Of a stretch of 64,000 nucleotides of DNA, positions 49,437-62,500 are shown in pieces. The stretch's first letter is position 1; every line of letters starts with the position of its first letter. Where the stretch lies: the NCBI GenBank assembly GCA_016748015.1, contig JAAOMT010000349.1, positions 64,812-128,811 of the forward strand. The letters are read 5' to 3'. The position numbers and the translations under genes are program-made. This stretch comes from Geosiphon pyriformis uo1. Its lineage: Eukaryota > Fungi > Glomeromycota. The notes under the pieces are model-generated. The model saw nothing but the letters and a program-made list of their open reading frames with translations, had not been told where the DNA came from and ran no database searches.

Positions 49437-52400
49437 CAATACTATTAGAATTTTGATCACTGCCACCTTAACCAGATTTTGGAACAGCTGATCCATGAAA
49501 AATAACAGCATCAGAAGAAAAAAAAAAGAGGATTAGGAATTTAATTATCAAAATCTAATTCCAGAAAACCCAGAAATTAGAAATCTAAACAATCCAAACT
49601 CTGATAATATTAATCAGCAAAATCAGAACAATCAAAACCCCAATTTAATTAATCAACTAAACTTACCTCCAAAAATTGTCATTAATCAGCCACTTATTGA
49701 ACTAATTTAGCAACTATTTTAACAACTTCACTTACCACCAGCACAACAGCAACAACTAATCACACAAATGGCATATGCACCAATTGCAAAACTTAAAAAA
49801 TTCATAGGTGAAGAAAATAACATCCAAGTATGGCTCAATGACATAGAAAAAACCATTGTGGCTAATGAATAAAATAATATCTGAGCCATACAAGCCATTT
49901 TCTATTTTTTTCAAGATACTGCTGATTTATAGTATCAAAGTTTGGCACAGAAACCCCAAAATTTTAATAAATTTAAAACTGAATTCTTGAGATATTTTAG
50001 CAATAACAATAATATCAACCAATTAGCAAATACCTTTACCACTATTAAACAAGAAGACACAAAAGCAATCACCATTTACTTGGAACACTTCTACAGAAAT
50101 TTGCACCAAATCCAGGCAATACAGGCCGATTATTTCACAGTGCCACAAATTCTAAATTAATTTATTAGAGGTCTCTACAGTAGTATCTTCCAATGTGTAC
50201 GTCTATTGTATCCAATAGATTTTTAAGCTACCATTACAAACACCAGAGATTTTGAAGCAGCTGAACTTGAAGCCAATCATGCCCAAGCCATAAATTTAGT
50301 CATAAATGGATCATTTGACTTGGATTCCAAATTGAAACAACTCAGTGATTCTATTAATCAGAAATTAGAAGGATACTTAACTGACAATTATGCAATTTAT
50401 CAGCCATCTCAATGATGCAATAATTCCAGAAATATTAATCACTTCTAAAATTAGTTGTATCCTTTTTCATTATTATCCAATCAGTCATGGCAGCAAGAGA
50501 TGTGTATCTGCCATAATTGTGGTAAACAAAACCATTTAAAAATTGACTGCTAGTTTTATAACAATAACCCACAATTGAAAAATCAATATTAAAACTTTGA
50601 TTGCAGGTTTCAAACTCTAAATCAATATCCAAATTAGGATTAATACTCATCTCATTACACCCAAATGACACAATAGCCAATTTATCAACCACCTATATAT
50701 TAAGTTCCAATTTATTAGCTGACAACACTCATTATTTATCAACTATAGCTCTAACCTATCTACAGCCTCAAGTAATCTATCAACCCCAACAAAATTCAAT
50801 ACTGTCACAAAACTTACCTCAAAATGGAACCCAAAGACTGAAAATGACACAACAAAACTAAAAATCAGCAATAATAGTTCATCAACCAATTTCCAGTTTT
50901 TCAATCCAGCCATCAGAATTTTGACAACAAAATTCGAGCACTGGGTACACTCAAAACCCAAATGTCCAACACTATTTAAGTCTTCTGGTTATTCCAGAAA
51001 ACACTTCATCCAACAACTGGGAATCCAACCAAAACAAATTACCTATTAACAATATTCCACTAGTTACTGTTATAGAAGATGAGTTACTCGCAGCTATATT
51101 TCTTTTCAAAATTAAAGAACTGTTAGAAACTTCTTTGTTTAGTAAAGCCACATTCAAAGAAAAATCTATCATGGTGATGTACACTAATGCTAAAATTGAT
51201 GGCCATTATATCAAACTAATCCTAAATAGTGGATCAGCTAACAATATCATCACAAGACAGTTCATAGACCAATTAAGTTACCGAGTTGATTGAGCTGCCA
51301 GTACAAAGATAATTATAGCTAATAAAGCCACCAAAACTCCAATTGGTGAAATAGATGACTTACCTATTAAAGTCAATGGCATCATTATACCAATCAAGAT
51401 ACTAGTTATAGAAGCCACTTAATATCAAGCACTCATTGGTAATAACTGGCTGTTTAAAACCAATACAGTACTCAATTGGACCACCCAAGAACTTTAATTA
51501 AGCCAGAATGACCAACATACAAGAGTACCAGCTACCTGTAGCCACTTTAAACCAACTACCATGTGACCACTAATTGAGCTAAAAGAAAAGAAAACTAAAC
51601 CCATTTGGGAAGTATATCAAGTTTTCTGGGCCAACAATGATTACAACAAGCTGCTGTCAGTACCTTTGTAAGACAAACAAAGAAAAAAAAAAAGAAAAGA
51701 AGAATCTACTTAGAACACTGACCAATTATCATGGATTGACAATGATCAAAGTGAGTTACCATCAATTTAAACCTGAGAAGAGAAGAGAAAAGGAAAGGAA
51801 AGGGAAAGCAAAAATACACAAGACCTCAATCCTATATATATCTCCTACTCAGCATCCCAACTGCCAACCAGCTACTGTTGACCCAAGCTTGTATGCATTG
51901 ATTGTGACAAGAAATTGTCAGCAATGGGCACATGCTATGGTGACAATAAGGAATACCCCATAGCAACCAAGTTTTATTGTCAACTATGCATTCTAAAATG
52001 CTTTAGACAACCAAAACAACAAGAAAAATGGAACAACAAATCATGTTTAATGTGTGGTAAAATACTGTTAGATAAGAAAATGTGGAACAACATTCTTGAG
52101 CAAAAAAGAACATGTGACAAATTGTGTCAATACGTGATTCTAATAAGTGACTAAATTAGAAAAGAGACACCAATAGAAGCCACTTAGAGAAGAGCAGTAA
52201 AATATCTGGATGGCTATTCACATGATAATAACAAAATATGGCAGATGTCGCTTACCAAAATTGAAGGTGCATTGCAAGAAAAAATCAGAATAATAAAAAA
52301 TAACACTCCAGACCTCATAGAACTTGATTGGAACCCAGAACCAGTCATAAATCTCTTGGATCCAAAACAATTCTACAAACATTACTAAAAATTAGCACTC

Positions 52401-55400
52401 ATTAAAGAAAAGCAAGAGCATCGCTTGAAGCAATTGAACATTCAACTGTGTCAACACTGTCTAATTCTATGTGACTTTCAATATTGTAATAAGTGTAACC
52501 TTATTTACAATCCACCACCATGCATGATCTATACAATCCTGAAAGAAGAAAAACCAATTAGCAGCTGCATATTAGAATTGGAATCAACTTTTAATTCTGA
52601 TTCAAACTCTGACAATAACAACAACAAAAACAATGGTTTCAACTCTGCTCAATATGGCAATGAAATTAACAACAATTCAGACTCTAATTCAAACCCCAAA
52701 ACATATATTATACTCTCTGATCTTACCAAGAAACAGGAACTAAAATGGTTCAGCAATAAGATAAAGATATTATGCCAGAATGTGCACATGATACTGATAC
52801 AGAGTTTGATCTGAGATATTTAGGAAAAAATGCCATTACATTGAAACTACATTCATGCACTTATATTAATCTTAAGATAGCACTAAAAATCTCAGCAACA
52901 ACAATAGTTCAATTAGCATCTAGCAATAGTTTAGCAAAAAATGAAATCAACATTAGAGAAGGAATAATTGATGCAGAATATGTAAAAAATATCATTGCTA
53001 TGCTACAAAATGACTCAGAAAAGGCCTATATTATAGAGCCAAATGAAAAGATAACACAGGTAATATTCTTACCTCTGGTTAAAATAGCTTAATTAGTATC
53101 AGTAGAAAACAGAGAAGAATTAGGGATTACAGCTAGAAGTATATAGGGATTTGAATTCACAAGTAGAATAGATGTACCAATTAATATAGCAGAGGAAGAA
53201 GTTATTGACAAAGAAGAAATTATTTCCATCCGTCAAGTAATTTTTATTCTATTATATGACCAGTACATATTAGCCATAAAAAGAAAAGTAAAAGATCAAG
53301 CTCAGTTGTTTAAAACAGAAGCAACTATGTGTAAATCAGAAGAAATTAGACTCATCAATCTCTACATACCAGTCAAAAGCACTAAAAACATCAAAATTCC
53401 AATATACAATATTATTGGAAATGTTATCAAAGTCCTAGAAGAAACTATTATCAGATATTTAACCACTGAAATTGAGGATCAACCACCAAATCACATTCCA
53501 GATTTTTCACAACTGTGCAAATATGTAGATATTACATCTTAAACAATATATGGACAAGAAGAATGTTATCTGCTCCAATCAGAACAATTGGAACAGATAA
53601 ACATAGGAAACTTAGACCCATTACAACATATGCAGCTTAAGATGTTGTTCAACAATTTCAATAACATCTTTGCCAGTGAAAATAAATTTGGCAGAACTAA
53701 TATTATCCAGCATTAAATCAAGACTAAAAATGCAATACCAATAAAATAACAAATATACAGAGTACCACTAGCCAGCCATGAGATCATTTGTTAAAAAATT
53801 AATTGAATGCTTGACAATAGTCTAATTCAGTCATTAATAAGCCTATAGTCATTATCAGTAGTATTAGTTCAGAAGAAAAATGGAAAAATCCACTTTTGTG
53901 TAAACTACTGAAAACTAAATAGAGTAACAAAAAGAAATAGTTACTTGACTCCAAAGATCCAAGAACTGTTTGATGCTTTTGGAGAAAAAAAATAGTTTTC
54001 AACTTTGGACTTAGACAGCAGTTACTAACAAGTAGCCATGAAACCAGAAGATAAAAAAAAAACAGCTTTCACAACATGAGAAAAGAATTTTAAGTTTGAA
54101 GTAATGCCATTTGGTTTGATGAATGCTCTAGCAACATTCTAATTGCTCATAAAAATTGTCTATACTAGACTACTGTGGAAATCAGTAATTGTTTACTTAG
54201 ATGACATCAATGTATTCTCTAAGACATTCGACAACTATCTACATTATTTTCAACAAGTATTTGAAAGGTTAAGAAGAACAGGATTGAAATTAAATACAAC
54301 CAAGTGTTTTTTCGGCAAGACAAAACTGAAATTTTTGGAACACATTATAAACAAAAACGGCATCAAAACAGATTTAGATAAAATTGCAATAGTAAAAAAC
54401 TCTTCAGTACTAACTAATTTGACAGAACTAAGAGCATTTTTAGGATTTGTGGACTATTATTGCCACTTTATCAAGAACTTTTCTAAACTAGCTCAACCAT
54501 TTTACCATCAACAAACCAAGAATTTGAAATACAAATGGACAGAAGCTCAACAAAAAGCTTTCGACATATTAAGAAAAAAGCTTATTCAAACTCCAGTATT
54601 GATGTATTCAGATTACAGCAAATCATTTATTATCACCACTAATGTATTAGGTTAAACATTGGGAGCAGTACTATCACAAAAGAAACCAGATAGAAAAAAA
54701 CATCCAGTAGCATATGCTAGCCAAAGTTTGAATCTAGCAAAAAAGAACTATGGAACACCAGCATTAAAATATTTAGCAATTTATTGAGCAGTGTTACCGG
54801 AGGTTTTTGGTCTCTTTTCTGTAATGTTGTTAATACTTATTTGCTGTAAATTCACGTTTTCTGGATGTGGTTGAACCTCCAGTAACTGAATTTTTAACTT
54901 CAAATTATCTCCTATAATTTGAACTTGCTGGGCTTATGAATGAAATAGCCAATTCCATGCCAATTGCTTTATGTAGTTACGTTGTAGTAAATGTCAACTC
55001 TTTCCTAGGAATTGCTCATCTGGAAGCTCACTAAAAGTGTGTAGTTACTTTGCTGTGAAAGTCAACTCTTCTACAGGAATCTTGTCTGTAGGTTACTCTA
55101 ATGATTGTAATAAGAAAATAAAAGAAAATAAAAGAAATATAAAAGAAATAGAATTTTGTCAAGAGAAACGTTTTCTATCCAGGCCTGGAGTCACTAACAG
55201 TTTACTGAAATTGGTAGCTAATCAATTTCGAAATGTTAGTTGGGTTTTGGGGATTTTCCAAGTACAATAATTAAAGAATTTGGTTTTTTGAATTTATTTG
55301 ATATTTATTTCTTTTTGTGTGTATAGAAAGAGTTTTAAGAGATAAATCTAAAGTAAGATACATTTTCTCGAAGAAAAAAGCTCTTCTTTTATACAACTTG

Positions 55401-55983
55401 TCGTAACACTATTCTATGAACTTGAACTTTGCTATTTTCTAAAATTTCGCTGAACTAAAGATACATTTCGGCAAATTACAAGTTATTTTGGCGAACTATT
55501 AGATATTTCGGTGAACTATTAATTATTTCAGTGAATTTCTACAAATTTTGGTGAACTTCTGAATGTTACATAGTTTGGGGTATTGCATGATTGATCATCA
55601 CAATTAGGTTACATTTGTGTTGTGTACAATTTGGGTTATTAATTAAATGATAATTTCGGACATTTTTGCTAATGTAATAAGTGATCATTTGAAATGATAA
55701 TATATGCTAATTAATGATAGGAATTATAAGATAATTTTATGCTAAATAATATCTCTAATTTTGTCTGGTAACAGCAGTTATATAATTGAGAGAATACTTG
55801 AGTCAAAAATTTAATATATACACAGACCATAAAAGATAGACTTCAATACAAAAGCAAAAATTTGGAAATAATTACTATGTCAAATAGAAAATAGAACTTT
55901 TACTATTTAATTATACAGTTTATTACAAAAAATAAAAAAAAAATGGGAATGCTAATAGTTTGTCAAGAATGAAACAAATTTAA
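49437..55983 (+). pseudogene. pol: gag - protease - Cys-rich domain - dUTPase - RT - RNase H of X (right arm); RNase H interrupted by a solo LTR
   Basis: MAYAPIAKLKKF; FDLRYLG; YLDD in ORF 54143-54655; ends ANSLSRMKQI* at 55983. Confidence 0.9.
54792..55773 (-). mobile_element. Solo LTR of family D (982 bp)
   Basis: Single complete LTR with TSD gcag at 54788-54791 and 55774-55777; no PBS, PPT or internal sequence. Confidence 0.95.
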
Positions 55984-56046
55984 GAACATTTTAACCCAAA
56001 AATATAACAAAATCTAAACAGCTAAAAACAAAAATATAACAAAAAA

Positions 56047-57429
56047 ATAAATGCACAAAAATATTAATAACTCCAACACTATATAAATACTTAGTAGTTT
56101 AAAGAGAAATTATCTCTAAAAGAACAAAGCCATATTAAACAACAATCAAAATATTTTATCAACCATCAAAATATATTTTACCAAAAGAACAAAAAGAATT
56201 TAGATCAACCAACCAGAGTAATTACAGAACCAGAAAAAAAAACAATATTATTCAACATGCATTTAAATTCAATAGCAGGACATTTTCATAAAGAAGCAAC
56301 AATAAAAAGAACCAGAAAAAGATACTATTGGCCATTAATATACCTGGACATTATTCAATACATTCAAAGTTGTAATGGTTGTCAAAAAAGAGGAAGAACA
56401 AAACCCAGTGAGCCATTGAGACCAATTAAAGTAAAACAACCATTTAATCACATCAAAATTGACATAGTCAGACCATTAACCATAACCAGTAAAGGCAACA
56501 GATATATTGCAATAGCCATGAACTATCTCACAAAATGGCCAGAAGCAAAAGTCATTCAAAGGGCAGATGTACAATATGTTGCTGAATTCATTCATTAAGA
56601 TTTGATCTGTTAATACAAATGTCCAAAAAAATTATTATCTGACCAAGGAACTTATTTTGTGAATAGAACATTAACAGAATTAAGTCAAAAATTTGGGATA
56701 AAAAAACCATTATCATTACTATATCATCCACAAACCAATGGGCTAGTAGAAAAATTTAATAGAATATTGTGTAAAGCAATTGCCAAGATCAGTCAAAAAA
56801 ACCAAGACAAATAAAATTTGTTTATACTATCAATATTATTTGCTTACCAGACAATAAAAGAAGACACTACACAAGCAATACTATTTGAATTGGTATATGA
56901 TAGAACAGCAACATTACCAGTTAAAATAGAAATACAAACATATCCAACAGAACCAATAACAGAAGAGAATTTTCAAAAAACATTGTTGAAAAGAACATAT
57001 GACTTAATAAAGACACTAGAAAACAAATGGCGAAGAACAGCTGATAACATACAGAAGTCACAAAAAAAACAAAAAGAAAGACATGATAACCAACTACCAG
57101 ATAAACCAGTTGAATTCAAGATTGAAGACAAAGTACTCTTATATCATACCAAAGCAGAAAAACAATGAAGTGAAAAATTTAACCTCAAATGGGATGGACC
57201 ATTTCACATAGAAAAATTTTTTGGAAATAGAGCATATAAATTAAGATTAAACAACAAAATTTTAGTCAAAGCAGTACATAGTAATCAACTGAAACCATAT
57301 TACCATATAGTATCATCATCTACCAATAACATTTTACAACTAGAAGTACAATGAATACTAGTCTAACCAGATGAGATTTTACAAGATCTGAAACCAATCA
57401 TAGTTATTGACCCAAACACATCAAATTGA
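56047..57429 (+). pseudogene. Integrase ORF (family A, right arm)
   Basis: Start decayed to ATA at 56047; HLNSIAGH...CNGC, NYLTKWPEA, KWDGPF; 1383 nt. Confidence 0.9.
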
Positions 57430-57485
57430 ACAATCCAAAAGAGTATATAAAGACACAATATATGCGACAAAAGCAACAAAGAAAA

Positions 57486-58121
57486 ATAGAAATACCAAAT
57501 CATATTCACACTTTAGCTTAACAATTGTTTCAGGCTTTAAGTTAACAGCAAGAAAACATAGAAATTATTATCAACAATCAAACAATCTGTTATCAAAACA
57601 CTAAACAAAAAAAGAAAAGTACATTATACTAGTAACCACAGAAACAATCAATAAATTGGTCAGATAAAATAGTAAAAAAAGTAAAGAACACTTTTAGAAA
57701 GATAACCATCACAGTTCCAACAAAAAAACTGTCAAAAGAAAACTGGAACCAATGGATAAACCAACTTCCAATACCATACTGCTACTACCAATTGGGACGA
57801 AAAATAGATATTCAGAAGTTATATCTTAACAAATCCAAGAGAATCTTTAACCAAGAGATAATCTAGAATATTGAAGACATTATTGGAAAGAAAATAAACT
57901 TAACACTATACATTAAGACCATTTATCGACTACACATTATATTTCAAAACTACTCAGAAGTATTGTTACATTCTAACATAGAAACAATAATCATTAACCA
58001 ATAGGGAAAAATAAATAATTCACAAATTAAGAAAATAAAAAGTAGAATGGAACAGATGCTACTTAAAAAAAAAGTATTTAACATAATTCAAAATGAGAAT
58101 TTTGACAAAGCTCAATATTAA
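57486..58121 (+). pseudogene. ORF3 of unknown function (family A, right arm)
   Basis: (I/M)EIPNHIHTLA...YCYYQLG...KTIYRLHIIF...NQ*GKINN...FDKAQY*. Confidence 0.65.
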
Positions 58122-58134
58122 AAGAAGAAGATAA

Positions 58135-58943
58135 TGTTATTTATAAAGAAAAAACAGATATAAAAAATAGTAAGACCAATAAGAGAGTAGTAGTTAACAT
58201 GTGAACACATTGCTTAGCAATGTGGAACAATATTAGAAAATTAGGACATATTGCTTAGCAATATGAACATTGTTTAAAAAATCATAGCACATTACTCAAG
58301 AATGTGAGCAATCTCATAGAACATTAATTATGTATATATAGTGGTAGCATTAGAAGAAAAAAAGACAGATTTCTCAGTTTTAGATTTGATTTAAGCAATC
58401 TTTCCATTCACAAATATCAAAAAATACTTATTTACTATCTTAATCCACTCTTTACTATCAACACTTTATGTTAATAGAAATTGATACTTAACTACACTGG
58501 AACAATAATTCTTGATCATGGCTATTGACAGGATACTAAACTTATAATCATTTTGGCTTATCTCTTTATTTTCTTTAAATTTTTCTTATTTTCTTTTGTT
58601 ATTTCTTTTGTTTTACTAACTTGATTAAAAAGATTTACGTGTAAAGGTACTGATGTCAGAATATAATACTGGTAAAAGACCCAAGAATAAAGGTAAACAC
58701 TCAGAATTGAGGATATCTTACCAAAAGAATTACTGGCCATCACACTGAAAAAGAAATTGATGAAACTGTGGTTTTAGAAAGCTACAAATAAAACAATCAA
58801 TTGAATTTCTGTCTATTATACAAAGGACTTCACAAAAATCTTCAGATCACAATATCTTCAAATATTACCAACTATTTTAATAATTGAGCACCAAGTTATG
58901 GGTTTGTTATTTAACTTAAGATCCCAAATAATCACTTGTAACA
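58135..58943 (+). repeat. 3' LTR of element A (809 bp)
   Basis: tgtt...tgtaaca, preceded by the PPT, followed by TSD gcat. Confidence 0.93.
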
Positions 58944-59560
58944 GCATTAAACACCTTACAAGTACTCATATTAATCTTTATTAATATGCTATTTCATATA
59001 ATTAAAGAGCTGTTTTCAATAAAATTGATAATTTTTTTGAATTATTTAAAGATAATATGATCAAAATTTTAATCAGTTTAAATAATACTGTCTTTTTAAT
59101 TATTATTTTTTTTTAATATCATTCTTAATTATATTAAAGATATGATTAATAATAATAAATCTGATAAAGCATTATAATCTTAATTATATTTATTTAATTA
59201 TTTATTTAATATATTAAATATTAGATCTATTACTTATTGTGATAATTAGGACAACAAAAAAAAAGTTGATTGAATATTACTTTAAAACAAATACAACTAT
59301 AATGCTCTGTACTGTATTGAATTCAAGAAAAAAATTACATTATTTTACAAAAAAAAATTTTCAAATAACAATATTAATAAAATAAAAAAATTGTAAATTA
59401 TTAATTTATTTAAACAGTTTTATTTTTCAATTCTTAGACAATAAATAAATCTTTAAAATACATATTTTTTTTAAAATACAATACACACTGGACATTATAC
59501 TAATATCAAATAACAGTTTTTTGTTAAATAGCAATTTTAATAATACTATAACATTAATTA
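58944..59560 (+). pseudogene. hAT transposase, 3' continuation
   Basis: FNIILNYIKD and KKLIEYYFKTNTTIMLCTVLNSRKK (decayed KLxxYY...LDPRxK). Confidence 0.75.
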
Positions 59561-59564
59561 TACA

Positions 59565-62500
59565 ATTTATTTATTTATTTATTTTTTTATTAACGTTTAA
59601 TGAGTGAGATCCAAACACTGTCTAGAACAATACATCAAAAAAATAATCTAAACTAGGTGTGAATCATGTGTATTTCCACACGTGACCAGTCATTCAAGCC
59701 AATCAGAACAACATTATATGTCTATGTAAATTACAACAGAATTATCAACACCAGAAAAAACACACACTGTTTACGAAATCCAAAATGAACACCAATAGCT
59801 TCAGCAACACCCAGCAACCTGACTATCCCAGCAGAAAATCTAGAACCCAGACCAGAAATTAGGATATGAATCGACCTGTCTGATAAAATACGGCCATTTT
59901 TCTCTATAAATGCATGATACTTAACACAAACCAACCAAACATCAGTTTTGAAAGCAGTGCCAAGAGACCACACAAATTCAACAACCCTTGAGCAAGCAAG
60001 CTTGGGATCAGAACAAAAGGAAATGGCTTCATAATACCAACCATTAAAAACAAAACCCTTAAATAGGGCCATAGACACAGAGACATCTGAGACACAAGTA
60101 GACAACAACTGCAAAACATCAGAAGAAGAAATAGATAAACCAGAAATCGCACTCCAAGAGCTCACGTGGAAGTCCAAAATTCAGCAACGAGCACTACAAT
60201 TGAATTCACAGATGAAAACATAATCTGACACCTCCACTTTACTGCAATGTAAACATAACACACTAGGATAATGTCTGTTATAGAGATGCTTTCTAACGGC
60301 CACTGGTAGTCAGTGGTGCAGAGCTTTTATAAAATAAGAGTGGATTTTTATCAAAAACTTGCTAGTAAACCCAGAGGCCATGTGCAAGTCAAGATGCCAT
60401 ACAAATAAGAAGCAATGCCAATCAACATCAGAGAGTAAACTGTTTGGCAAGAATTTTGAACCCAATCCAACCTCCCAATGAGCACGATTAATGGAATGAA
60501 AAATATCTTGAACAAAGTGTCTAGAGTTGGCAGAGACAACACCACCATCAGCTACCAAAAAATGTTCATTCAAGCATGGAGGAAGATGCCAGGCAGAAAG
60601 AGAGGCAACATCAGCAATCATATCAGCTTGGTCATTTCCCAGAACTCCGGAGTGGCTCTTCATCTTGTACCAATTCACCCTCAAATTATTACTTTGAATA
60701 ATGTTCACAATGTGCCAATGTTCAACCCAACACTAATTGCAAAAATCTGGACATATCAAACCAAGTTTCGACTTACATGCATCCAAAACAGATTGACTGT
60801 CAGAAAACAAACGAACAGAACTGGAAGGAGAGACACATTCCAGAGTCAAAGCAATGGCCTGCATCTCAGCCAAAGTTGACGACATCAAGCCCAAAACACT
60901 AACATCCAACCCCAATTCAATGTCTTTAAAAAAAACTCCAGTACTGGCTCTATAGCCAGATGTACCTAAGCCCTTAAAAGACCTATCTGTGTATACTGAA
61001 ATAGCATTAACGACAACAAGGGATAGTTGACTATGAATAAAATTGAAACTTTGAGAAGAGATAATACTAGGAAGACCAATAGCATCCAAGGCAGAAGGAT
61101 GTGGAAGAAAAGACACTACTTTATTGAGAAACATGGTTGAAAGCCGAAACCATTCAAGAATAGGACCGCATGGGTCTAGCCTCTTCCACTGCTTGAAGGT
61201 GAGCCAATCAAAAATAAGACCATGGTGATCACGGATTTGGTTTACAAAGACAATACCATGCCACCAGAGAGAAGGAAGGAACTTGAAAAATTTTGATTTA
61301 CTGAGAATAGCAGACATTGGTACTCCACCACGAGACAGAAAAGAGTTGCCCAAATAACCACCCAAAGATAAACTATTTTCAAGAAGAATGCAAACCAAGC
61401 CCACTAGGAAGTTATTGGAAGGACTAACATGAATGCAAACAGAAAAGCACAAAGGATGAACAGAATGCCAACACAAAACTTACAAGTCATAAGACCTGTA
61501 AGAGAATAAATGACCCAAAACACCACTAGAGTTTGCAAAACAAATAAGGGATGTCACCTTGCCTTCTGACTGAATTTGAATGAAGAATTTCAAATCATAG
61601 AAAGATGGATGGTGTATTGTATTACCAGGAAAGTCAGATAATAAACCTGATTTTAACTTCAAGCTCTTTCTGATCAAGACATCTCACTTGTGACACACAC
61701 CAACTGGAATAAAATTAAACTGTGTTCTAAAGCTGACTATAAGATACAGAACAGCAGATAGCAAATACAAAAATTGTTTATCAGAGACAGCCTTTTTGAG
61801 CACCATGTTGGAAAAGAAACGAACGTCCAAATGAGTCTTCGCCAGACTGGGCTTTGAGAAACTCTTAGTCAAAAGGAAGATACCCAGATAATAATAGAAC
61901 TCTCCTTTTTTGGCAATGATAATTGGCACCCCACTGATGAAAAAAGAAGGTCTATCAATGTGGCAGTTGATTGAAATAGCCACAGTTTTATTATTGTTAA
62001 TAGAAATGTTATTGATCCGATAAAATTTACTAGCCACATCTAGAATATGCTGAGTAGTAGTTTGACTGCTCTCAACCCAAATCATGTCATCAACAAAAGC
62101 ACCGGCAACAAGAAAAGAAGAAAGACCAGTCCGAGATTCAGCATAACCATTTTTCAATATGTAATGAGACACTAATCTGTATCCACACACACTTTTTTGT
62201 CTCTTGACTTCGCATAAAAGAAGATTATAAAAAATATGTCACAAAAGAGGGGAGAAAACTTTGCCCTAATCCAAACCATTATAGACATAGTAGCCACCAA
62301 TCAAACCGAAATCAGTTATGACCCAATTGGTACAACCTTCATGAATACCCTTAAAGAAATGGATAAAACTGTCACACATTTTGATTCTAACTAGACTCTT
62401 CTTAAGGTGCTCCCAACCAACAGAATCATATGTCTTCCTCATGTTTTGCAAAACTAATCAGAGCTCCCGGTTTTTTTTCAGAGCATCTTTGACTACCAAA

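Larger units (their letters stand above)
18557..58943 (+). mobile_element. Ty3/Gypsy LTR retrotransposon A (outermost element of the 40.4-kb nest)
   Basis: Homologous LTRs at 18557-19347 and 58135-58943; TSD gcat at 18553-18556 and 58944-58947; hAT coding sequence resumes afterwards. Confidence 0.93.
16210..59564 (+). mobile_element. hAT-superfamily DNA transposon interrupted by the LTR nest (18557-58943) and by LINE 3; right end lies outside the window
   Basis: Left end tagtgttg followed by AAACCAAAC subterminal repeats (16235-16420); transposase motifs on both sides of the nest, joined by TSD gcat. Confidence 0.8.
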
